A stretch of DNA of 41,147 nucleotides from Candidatus Berkelbacteria bacterium UBA1384 (lineage in GTDB: Bacteria > Patescibacteriota > UBA1384): contig DBQW01000039.1 of the NCBI GenBank assembly GCA_002305395.1, forward strand, positions 7,651 to 48,797, in the 5' to 3' direction. A program made the translations under genes and the position numbers. The notes beneath the pieces are model-generated. The model was not told the DNA's origin and ran no database searches. It saw nothing but the letters and a program-made list of their open reading frames with translations. Shown piece after piece: positions 34,428-41,147 of the stretch (within the stretch, counting starts at the first letter, position 1; the number at the start of each line of letters is the position of its first letter).

Positions 34428-35000
34428 GTGACAAAAGAACAAAAATTAAAATCAATTGCCGATACTCTGGCAAAGGATATGAGCCTGCCCCTAAAAGAGG
34501 GAGCGACAAACGATGTTCCAGGCACAGGCAGTGCTAACGCCGATGTAGTTTTTATTGGCGAAGCCCCTGGCAAGCACGAAGATGAAAAGGGCGTCCCCTT
34601 TTGTGGCGCGGCAGGCAAATTCTTAGACGAATTGCTTGCAAGTATAGATCTTACAAGAGAGGATGTTTTTATTACCAACATTGTAAAACATCGCCCTCCG
34701 GAAAATCGCGATCCTAAACCAGAAGAGGTGCAAGCATATTGGCCATATTTAGAACAGCAACTAGCGGTTATTGAGCCAAAAGTAATTGTAGTGCTAGGCA
34801 GACATTCGTTAGCACGGCTTATGCCCGGCTTAGGTACTATTTCTATGCTCCACGGACGGGCGTTCAAAAAGCAAAATAGAACCTATATGGCACTTTACCA
34901 CCCCGCAGTCGCTTTATATAACGGCGGTATGCGTAAAGTACTGCTAGAAGATTTTCAAAAGCTCGGCATTTTACTAAAAAAATTAAACATTAAGAAATAA
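34428..35000 (+). CDS. uracil-DNA glycosylase superfamily protein, family-4-like
   Basis: 190 aa with a GTG start. Motifs present: ..FIGEAPGKHEDEKGVPFCGAAGKFL.., ..NIVKHRPPENRDP.. and ..LYHPA.. Only one Cys is present. Confidence 0.8.
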   Translation: MTKEQKLKSIADTLAKDMSLPLKEGATNDVPGTGSANADVVFIGEAPGKHEDEKGVPFCGAAGKFLDELLASIDLTREDVFITNIVKHRPPENRDPKPEEVQAYWPYLEQQLAVIEPKVIVVLGRHSLARLMPGLGTISMLHGRAFKKQNRTYMALYHPAVALYNGGMRKVLLEDFQKLGILLKKLNIKK

Positions 35001-35065
35001 TCATTTATTGGGCATAAAATCTCTTTTTATGCTTGGTATAAAATAAAAGGAAACAAGAAAGAGCT

Positions 35066-36985
35066 ATGGATAACAACCAACCAGGAAAGCCACGCATTAC
35101 AAGCTGGCACTCCGAAATGACATTTCGTCCCCGTACTACGCAACCAAACGAAAAGCGTGATTTTTCGACGCGCGACGATGTCCTACAGGGTCGCAATCGC
35201 GCTTCCAACACCTATAAAACCGAGCATTATACCCATAGCAACCACAAAAACGGTGGCAATGGTACCTCCCATAGTGCAAAACCCGCCCCCACCACCCTTA
35301 ACATCCCTCCGGTGCGGGGCAAGTTAAGAATTATACCCCTGGGCGGTCTTGGGGAAATAGGGAAAAATATGACAGCGTTGGAGTTTAACGACACTATTGT
35401 TATTATCGATGCTGGCACCATGTTTCCCGACTCCTATATGTTTGGTATCGACCACTTGATACCCAATACTTTGTACGTAGAAGACAGAAAAGAAAAAGTA
35501 AAAGCAATAATCTGTACGCACGGTCACGAAGATCACATCGGTGCCTTGCCCTACATTGCCAAAAAAATACCAGCACCCATTTATGCTGCCCCTTTTACTA
35601 AGGGCTTAATTAGCCTTAAATTAGAGGAGCACGGTATTAGAAATATTCCCCTAAATTCTATAAAAGATGGTGATGTTTTGAAGTTTGGCGATATAAGAAT
35701 TGAGCCTTTTGCTGTAACACACTCTATCCCCGATGCGCTTGGTTTTTCTATTCGCACCCCAAGTCAAACCCCCGGGGGGAAAAGCACCCACATTGTGTGG
35801 ACGGGGGACTGGAAATGGGACCCCACCCCTGTTGCGGGTAAAGCGATCGACGAAGAAAGGCTGACCCGCTGGGGGAAAGAAGGAGTTGATATTCTTTTTG
35901 CCGACTCTACCAACGCAGAAAGGGCAGGAAGCACCATTTCCGAAAAAGAAATTGGCAAGAGTTTTAAGGAGATTTTCTCCAAGGCACGCGGGCGAGTAAT
36001 TTTAGCAACCTTTGCTAGCCAAATACATCGCGTTCACCAGGTCATTCGCTCTGCCGTGGAGACCAACCGCAAAATCGCTTTCTCTGGCCGCTCTATGGTG
36101 CGTAACGCCGAATTAGCAATTGAAATGGGCTACATCGATGCCCCCAAAGAAAGCATTATCCCTTTAGAAAAAGCAAAAAGTATTCCTCCCGATAAACTCC
36201 TAATCGTCTCTACCGGTAGCCAGGGCGAGGAAATGTCTTCTTTGTTTCGTATGGCGCAAGGTTCACATCGCCAGTTCAAGATTAAAGCTGGTGATACCGT
36301 AGTCCTTTCCGCCTCTCCCATCCCCGGCAACGAAGCAGCTGTTGGCGATATTATCAACAACTTGTTCCGTCTGGGGGCAAACGTTGTCTATGGTAAAGAA
36401 ATTGACGTTCATGTTTCTGGCCATGCTTACCGCGACGAAATGGCGAAGCTGATAAACATCCTCAAGCCCAAGCATTTTGTCCCTATCCATGGCGAATACC
36501 GCCACCTTTCACTACATAGTGCGTTGGCAAAACAAAACGGGGTAGAAAACACCATCATATTAGAAAATGGCAATATTTTAGAAGTTGCCGAAGGAAAAGT
36601 GGAAAAATCGCAGTGGCATATACCCGCCGAGAGTGTATTGGTAGATGGGCTCGGTATTGGTGATGTTGGTAATATTGTATTGCGCGATCGCCAAGCGATG
36701 GCATCGGATGGTATTTTTGTGTGCATTGTAACAGTTGATCGACGTACACACGAAATTATCACCAGTCCCGACATTATCTCTCGCGGTTTTGTTTATATGC
36801 GTGCCGCAGAAGAGTTAATCCGCGAAGCGCGCTCTGAGGTGCGCCGCATCTTTTTGGCAGAGGCCGAACGCACAGGGAATGACTGGGCACAGGTAAAAAA
36901 TGCGCTTCGCGAAAAAATGAATAAGTTTCTCGAAAAAAGGACTAAACGCCGACCGATTGTTATACCGGTTATTATCGAAGTGTAA
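35066..36985 (+). CDS. rnj: ribonuclease J (metallo-beta-lactamase/beta-CASP)
   Basis: 639 aa with ..CTHGHEDHIGALPYI.., a beta-CASP region and the typical RNase J C-terminal domain. A low-complexity N-terminal extension of about 80 aa precedes the core. Confidence 0.9.
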   Translation: MDNNQPGKPRITSWHSEMTFRPRTTQPNEKRDFSTRDDVLQGRNRASNTYKTEHYTHSNHKNGGNGTSHSAKPAPTTLNIPPVRGKLRIIPLGGLGEIGKNMTALEFNDTIVIIDAGTMFPDSYMFGIDHLIPNTLYVEDRKEKVKAIICTHGHEDHIGALPYIAKKIPAPIYAAPFTKGLISLKLEEHGIRNIPLNSIKDGDVLKFGDIRIEPFAVTHSIPDALGFSIRTPSQTPGGKSTHIVWTGDWKWDPTPVAGKAIDEERLTRWGKEGVDILFADSTNAERAGSTISEKEIGKSFKEIFSKARGRVILATFASQIHRVHQVIRSAVETNRKIAFSGRSMVRNAELAIEMGYIDAPKESIIPLEKAKSIPPDKLLIVSTGSQGEEMSSLFRMAQGSHRQFKIKAGDTVVLSASPIPGNEAAVGDIINNLFRLGANVVYGKEIDVHVSGHAYRDEMAKLINILKPKHFVPIHGEYRHLSLHSALAKQNGVENTIILENGNILEVAEGKVEKSQWHIPAESVLVDGLGIGDVGNIVLRDRQAMASDGIFVCIVTVDRRTHEIITSPDIISRGFVYMRAAEELIREARSEVRRIFLAEAERTGNDWAQVKNALREKMNKFLEKRTKRRPIVIPVIIEV

Positions 36986-37004
36986 AACAGACCTTCATTT
37001 TATG

Positions 37005-37033
37005 TTTACACCTTAGCTTTTTTTAGCTATAAT
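37005..37033 (+). promoter_or_regulatory. sigma70-type promoter TTTACA-N17-TATAAT for tRNA-Glu
   Basis: The -10 ends 14 nt upstream of the mature tRNA 5' end. Confidence 0.55.
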
Positions 37034-37046
37034 TTTGCAATGGTGC

Positions 37047-37122
37047 GCCGCGTTCGTCTAGTGGCCCAGGACACCGCCCTCTCACGGCGGAAACACGGGT
37101 TCAATTCCCGTACGCGGTACCA
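37047..37122 (+). tRNA. tRNA-Glu (anticodon CUC), CCA encoded
   Basis: Hand fold: GCCGCGT TC GTC..GAC A CCGCC CTCTCAC GGCGG AAAC ACGGG TTCAATT CCCGT ACGCGGT A CCA. Confidence 0.9.
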
Positions 37123-37129
37123 GATTAAT

Positions 37130-37156
37130 TCCCCTGCGCTTATGGGGATTTTTTAT
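37130..37156 (+). terminator. weak rho-independent terminator after tRNA-Glu
   Basis: TCCCC-(9-nt loop)-GGGGA is followed by TTTTTTATT. The stem is short. Confidence 0.4.
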
Positions 37157-37363
37157 TATTATTCGAATGGAGTGAGAGTTTTTTACCGTTCGAACGAAGT
37201 GAGAACTATCGGGTAAGGATTAGCACCAACGGTAGATAGTTCTCGGTGGGTACACCTCGAACAATAAAAAGTGGCGGCTGAGAGCTTGCCCCGTCCGAAT
37301 CTCCGGCGAGGCTTGCCCCGCCTTTTTAGGCGGGGTTCTCTGGTAGTAACCCTCGAACAATAA
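37155..37363 (-). repeat. mosaic hairpin-repeat cluster C7 (4 units, 2 tandem H elements), inverted orientation
   Basis: It ends 10 nt before the stop of the GT2 gene at 37373. Confidence 0.9.
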
Positions 37364-37372
37364 AAATAGTAA

Positions 37373-38152
37373 CTAGGTGTTATTGCTATACTTACCCCGT
37401 CTTAGGTTTCTTTTTATTGTAAAAAGTTCAAAAAAAGTTTGCCTTATTCCACGCGAGGCTCTAAACTTGCTACCCTCTATGTGCGCCCAACTCACAGGTA
37501 CTTCGACAACAGACAAATTGTTCGCCTGAGCAATAGCAAGTACTTCAAGGTCCCACCCCCACCTTTCTATTTCCGATTTAGGAAAAATTATTCTGGCGGC
37601 GCGGCGCGAAAAAAGCTTAAAGCCACACTGAGTATCACAAAGATTAATTTTTAGCACGATTCTTGCAAGTAAGTTACCAGCCCTCCCTATAATTCTTCTC
37701 ACCAAGGGCTGGCGCACTTTAAGCAACGTCCTATCTAAATAACGAGAACCATACACAATCTCTTTACCTCTTCTTCCGTCGATAAGTCTTTGAACATCCT
37801 CTATTGGCGTTGCAGAATCTGCATCCATCATCAATATCCAGTCTTTTTTTGCTTTAAGTGAGGCAATTTTAATAGTCTTTCCCTTGCCAACATTTTTGCG
37901 AAACGTAACAATTTTAAAATTCTTCAGCCTGTGTTTTTTGATAAACTCCTTAACAACTCTTTCTGTTTTGTCCTGTGAACCATCGTTATAAACCATAACT
38001 TCAAAATTCGAAAAATTTTTTCTTAAAAACTTTTCTATATCTTTTAACGTCGCAGTGATTCTCTTTTCTTCGTTGTAGGCAGGAATAATAACAGACAGAC
38101 TGAGTGAATAACTCTTCCCCTTGTCGCTCCCAACGTTCTTTTTACGGTTCAT
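37373..38152 (-). CDS. GT2 family glycosyltransferase (polyprenyl-phosphate sugar synthase-like)
   Basis: 259 aa with ..LSVIIPAYNEEKRI.., ..YNDGSQDKT.. and ..MDADSATPIED.. (DxD-type). Confidence 0.85.
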   Translation of the reverse strand: MNRKKNVGSDKGKSYSLSLSVIIPAYNEEKRITATLKDIEKFLRKNFSNFEVMVYNDGSQDKTERVVKEFIKKHRLKNFKIVTFRKNVGKGKTIKIASLKAKKDWILMMDADSATPIEDVQRLIDGRRGKEIVYGSRYLDRTLLKVRQPLVRRIIGRAGNLLARIVLKINLCDTQCGFKLFSRRAARIIFPKSEIERWGWDLEVLAIAQANNLSVVEVPVSWAHIEGSKFRASRGIRQTFFELFTIKRNLRRGKYSNNT

Positions 38153-39894
38153 ACACTGTTATTAGCCTTAAAATCTTGTGGATAAAAGAGCAAGAAAGTG
38201 TGCCCTAAGCGCTCCGCGATATGAGTATTGTGAGAAATACATGGATAACGACCGAAATGACTATTTGCAATATTAACCGAAACAATAAGAACATCACCGT
38301 CTTCTAGTTTACTACAAACATCATCGCCCGCCATTTCTGATAGCTTGACGTGCGCCACACTCCTGTAAAGAGAGTCCGCCCCTACAATATAGCCTATAAT
38401 CAGCCTGCTGTCTGGATGTTCTTTTGCATATTCTGCCAATAAATATGCTTCCTGCCCCCAGTCAGTGTTAGAGTCACTCAGGTACTTATAACCGTTTTTC
38501 CAACCACCAGAAAGTTGAGAAAAATAACTTATTCTATTGGGACTATTGCAGGCAAGATCAACAATAAGCCAAATAGAAAAAAGCGCCAATAAACTATATA
38601 CCATTATCTTACGCGTTGCTATCATCTTCCAGGCTAAATATCCTATCGCTGGGGCCGTAAGTAGGTAAAATGGTAATATATGGCGTATGCCAATATGGAT
38701 ACGACCCAGGGAGGCACAAAATACATAAAGTACAGCAAAAAAGGACATTAATAAAATCACGCCTTGTTTTTTTCTTATTGCAAGGAATAGCCCGCCTGCT
38801 AGTAGGACCAATAATGCAGTGGGTGTTTTGTAGTAAATTGCATAAACAAAAAATTGACGAAAGCCGAAATCGCTAAATTCCCCATTAAGATATGACCTAT
38901 GCCCACCTATATTATGGTGGTAAACAACATTATAACCCTCTGCGTAACGCAAAAAGGGAACTACTAATGTCTTAATAACCGGATTGCTAATCTGTACCAT
39001 CCTGACTTGAAAGAGGCTTGCATCGACTGTCCTTTTTCCCAATAAAGCACGATGCTCAATTAAAACGTAAGACGACCAAACAAGAAATAAACAAACAAAC
39101 AGAGAAAGAAAAAATCTCAAAACAAAAGGTAATATTTTCTCTTTTTTTACAACAAAAAAAACAAACAATGAAACCATCGAGAGTGCAACAAAGAAAAAGC
39201 CACTAAATTTCGCCAAAAGTACTAGACCACAAGCCGATCCCCACCAAACATATCTTGTCAATTTCTGCGGTTCCTGTGCTAGATTATATGTCGCTATAAA
39301 CAAAAACCAAACCGCAACCACAAGATGTATATCGTTGGTTGTCAATGCACCATGGGCAATAATATTAGGATTAAGAGCAAGCGCGGCTAAACTACCCACC
39401 CCCGCCCATATATGCCACCTGCAAGTCATCCACCTAAAAACAGAATACAACATAGTCAGAGTCAAAATTACTGTAGGAAGGCGACCTAGAAAAACTATTA
39501 ACTTAGTCGGGCTTCCGCTTTCGTGAAAAAAAATCGTCCCCATTTTCCACTGATTGTTGTCGGGAGCCTCGTTGATGGCCGTGTCGATATTTGGCTTTAA
39601 GGGCAAAACAAAAACACCAGAGAGGATTTTGTTTAACGGTGGATGTTCATTGTTAATCACCATATCCCCTCGCAACAACATTCTTACCCCAGCGGGAATA
39701 TAGACTGTTTCATCACTGACAATAGAAAAGGTTAGCGCATTCCATAAAAGCCAATAAGCACTCCAGGCAAAAATTATTATTGCTAGCAGCCTTGGCAGAA
39801 AATGCTTACCCTTATTGCTTGCCTTGAGCGTAGCAAGCGATTTCTCCACACTTTTGTCCATAAATACTTTGAGTATATAAAAGTTTTTGAACAT
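38149..39894 (-). CDS. GT39/GT83 (PMT/ArnT-like) polytopic glycosyltransferase
   Basis: 581 aa, polytopic. The N-terminal loop ..SDETVYIPAGVRMLLRGDMVINNEHPPLNKIL.. resembles the DE..HPPL.K signature of PMT_2/ArnT enzymes. It overlaps the GT2 gene by 4 nt. Confidence 0.75.
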   Translation of the reverse strand: MFKNFYILKVFMDKSVEKSLATLKASNKGKHFLPRLLAIIIFAWSAYWLLWNALTFSIVSDETVYIPAGVRMLLRGDMVINNEHPPLNKILSGVFVLPLKPNIDTAINEAPDNNQWKMGTIFFHESGSPTKLIVFLGRLPTVILTLTMLYSVFRWMTCRWHIWAGVGSLAALALNPNIIAHGALTTNDIHLVVAVWFLFIATYNLAQEPQKLTRYVWWGSACGLVLLAKFSGFFFVALSMVSLFVFFVVKKEKILPFVLRFFLSLFVCLFLVWSSYVLIEHRALLGKRTVDASLFQVRMVQISNPVIKTLVVPFLRYAEGYNVVYHHNIGGHRSYLNGEFSDFGFRQFFVYAIYYKTPTALLVLLAGGLFLAIRKKQGVILLMSFFAVLYVFCASLGRIHIGIRHILPFYLLTAPAIGYLAWKMIATRKIMVYSLLALFSIWLIVDLACNSPNRISYFSQLSGGWKNGYKYLSDSNTDWGQEAYLLAEYAKEHPDSRLIIGYIVGADSLYRSVAHVKLSEMAGDDVCSKLEDGDVLIVSVNIANSHFGRYPCISHNTHIAERLGHTFLLFYPQDFKANNSV

Positions 39895-39942
39895 TTAACT
39901 TTGCGTCGACCACTACACACCAAAGCCATCTCGATTATTTTT

Positions 39943-39971
39943 AGTATATGCAACTATAAATACCTAGTCAA
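39943..39971 (-). promoter_or_regulatory. sigma70-type promoter TTGACT-N17-TATACT for the GT39-GT2 operon
   Basis: Read on the minus strand. The -10 ends 48 nt upstream of the ATG at 39894. Confidence 0.55.
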
Positions 39972-39996
39972 AACGCAATAATACTTATTCTGTCGC

Positions 39997-40039
39997 TTAA
40001 AAAGGAAAGGCCTTGCAGAAAAGTGAATTCTGCAAGGCC
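39997..40039 (-). terminator. rho-independent terminator of the GC-rich ORF
   Basis: A perfect 12-bp stem, GGCCTTGCAGAA-(7-nt loop)-TTCTGCAAGGCC, is followed on the minus strand by TTTCCTTTTTAA. Confidence 0.75.
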
Positions 40040-40092
40040 TGTGTGTAAGCCGTCCCCCCTGACGGCTCTATCTTCCAGCCACCTGGCCGGTC

Positions 40093-40473
40093 CTACTCTG
40101 GCGCGTACTCGGGCCAACCACCGTTGGCCTCAAAAATCGTGACCTTAGGCGGGAGAAGACTGAGGCTAAAAACGGCTTCGGGCCGTCTCCCTCGCGCTGG
40201 CCGCACAACGTAAAGTCTGTCGCCCAGACCGCGGGCGATCTCCAGCCCTGCCTGCTTCAGGGCATAGAGTGCCGTGGGGCTCGCCCTCTCCAGCCTGCGG
40301 TCACTAATGATGCCCCCGAAGAGGGTAAGAAGGGCTCCATTGACCGGTTCGCTCGGCATGGTCAAACAGAGCCCGGGGTAAACCTCTGATCCAGAGACCA
40401 TCAGTCTTCCCCCCTCGCGGGAGACATCTACCCCAGGTATTCCAGCAAGTCTTTTTTCGATCCCTTGCAACAT
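40093..40473 (-). CDS. hypothetical protein in a GC-rich cassette
   Basis: 126-aa ORF with ATG 10 nt after GGAGGTG. Two 60-nt lines I counted by hand gave 63-65% GC, against about 43% in the neighbouring GT39 gene. I recognise no domain. Confidence 0.6.
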   Translation of the reverse strand: MLQGIEKRLAGIPGVDVSREGGRLMVSGSEVYPGLCLTMPSEPVNGALLTLFGGIISDRRLERASPTALYALKQAGLEIARGLGDRLYVVRPARGRRPEAVFSLSLLPPKVTIFEANGGWPEYAPE

Positions 40474-40592
40474 CTTGTTGCTGCACCTCCGCTTTCAAAT
40501 CCGCCCTGACCTAAGCGAGACCTCCTCTCTGCTTTGTGTCAATGCACCGGGCGGATAGCGCTCCACACGCAAGCGTTGAGCACTATGGAGAA

Positions 40593-40641
40593 ATGGTACT
40601 ACTATCATTACCTACTGTCAAGAACGTGTTACGGTCCATAC
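40593..40641 (-). promoter_or_regulatory. promoter TTGACA-N17-TACCAT preceded by the IR box (copy 2)
   Basis: On the minus strand the order is TATGGACCGTAACA-N5-TTGACA-N17-TACCAT. The box-to-(-35) spacing matches the sRNA promoter at 41093-41147. Confidence 0.55.
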
Positions 40642-40681
40642 AAAAGAAGAGCAAACTCCTCGTTACATTCTTTACCGTTCG

Positions 40682-40951
40682 AGCGGGAGCGAGAACTCCC
40701 CGTTACCCCCTTTACCGTTCGAGCGGGAGCGAGAACTACCTCGTGAGGTTTGATGCTAACGTTTAATAGTTCTCGAGATGGCGCTACGCGCAATTCTCTC
40801 GAACGATAATCCTGTTACTGTTCGAGCGGGAGCGAGAACTATAGCGCGAGGTGTAGTGCTGGCGGTTGGGAGTTCTCGAGATGGCACTACGTGCGGTCTC
40901 TCGAACGATAAAAGGACAGCTGGGTCTCGGGCAGTAGCCCTCGAACAGTAA
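40682..40951 (-). repeat. mosaic hairpin-repeat cluster C8 (6 units), inverted orientation
   Basis: It has three F reverse-complement units (TTTACCGTTCGAGCGGGAGCGAGAAC). It also has two long-insert R units (GTTCTCGAGATGGC(G/A)CTACG(C/T)GC..TCTCTCGAACGATAA) and one GGGC/GCCC R unit. Confidence 0.95.
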
Positions 40952-41012
40952 GAATAAAAGGCACGGGACGGCAAAAGGCATACATCGGAATTAAATTAAC
41001 ATCTGCAGTTTT

Positions 41013-41086
41013 ATAAAAAAAATTCCCGCTGGTCCGGTGCATCGGACCAGCGGGGTCGCGGAGGAGGCCTGCAAGTCTCATCAGGC
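41013..41086 (-). ncRNA. candidate small RNA (about 74 nt) with an anti-Shine-Dalgarno stretch
   Basis: It is bounded by a consensus promoter and a perfect terminator (CCCGCTGGTCCG-6 nt-CGGACCAGCGGG followed by AATTTTTTTT). The predicted RNA has hairpin GCCUGC-12 nt-GCAGGC, single-stranded CUCCUCCGCGA, then the terminator. There is no SD before the only ATG. Confidence 0.5.
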
Positions 41087-41092
41087 AGGCAG

Positions 41093-41147
41093 ATTATATA
41101 ACAAGACCACTTAAATGTCAAATGCATGTTACGGTCCATAACATATT
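41093..41147 (-). promoter_or_regulatory. consensus promoter TTGACA-N17-TATAAT preceded by the IR box (copy 3)
   Basis: On the minus strand the order is AATATGTTATGGACCGTAACA-N5-TTGACA-N17-TATAAT. The box reaches the last base of the window. Confidence 0.6.

Noticed and set aside
40887-41081. 64-aa ORF (MRLAGLLRDPAGPMHRTSGNFF...) on the minus strand.
   Set aside because: There is no SD before the ATG. The reading frame runs through a perfect terminator hairpin and U-run and into repeat cluster C8. The segment is better explained as a non-coding RNA plus repeats.
41060-41086. Hammerhead ribozyme core, because the sRNA candidate contains CUGAUGAG.
   Set aside because: No GAAA/CGAAAC element or three-stem junction follows. 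The motif sits in the loop of a simple 6-bp hairpin.

Overview
This is a 41.1-kb bacterial window of roughly low-40s %GC (by eye), with compact and often overlapping operons. No search tools were run, so every call rests on reading the sequence and the supplied translations.

Recognisable content:
- A Wzx/Wzy-type glycan cluster: flippase, three GT4 glycosyltransferases and two O-antigen-ligase/polymerase-like proteins.
- holA-like DNA polymerase III delta, two DUF2207-type membrane proteins, and ribosomal proteins S15 and S20.
- An NrnA-like DHH phosphoesterase, class I lysyl-tRNA synthetase, a family-4-like uracil-DNA glycosylase and RNase J.
- A GT2 plus GT39/ArnT-like pair, a small GIY-YIG protein, and three tRNAs: Arg-GCG, Ser-GCU and Glu-CUC.
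- Two paralogous operons, each headed by a roughly 900-1000 aa polytopic membrane protein.

The gene content is compatible with a small-genome Patescibacteria/CPR-like organism. That placement is inference only.

The outstanding feature is non-coding. Eight intergenic clusters, about 3.7 kb or 9% of the window, carry a mosaic repeat family. Its unit is a short covarying hairpin framed by invariant GTTCTC and TCGAAC-RRTAA boxes. Units are arranged in alternating orientation with a small linker vocabulary, like BIMEs or REPINs. The clusters include a 105-nt perfect inverted repeat bracketing a 3.1-kb gene block, and oppositely oriented clusters bracketing lysK.

Secondary signals:
- Two GC-rich (about 60-68%) self-contained expression cassettes.
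- A roughly 74-nt candidate sRNA with a consensus promoter, an anti-SD stretch and a perfect terminator.
- A shared inverted-repeat box, TGTTACGGTCCATA, upstream of three minus-strand units. One copy runs off the right end of the window.
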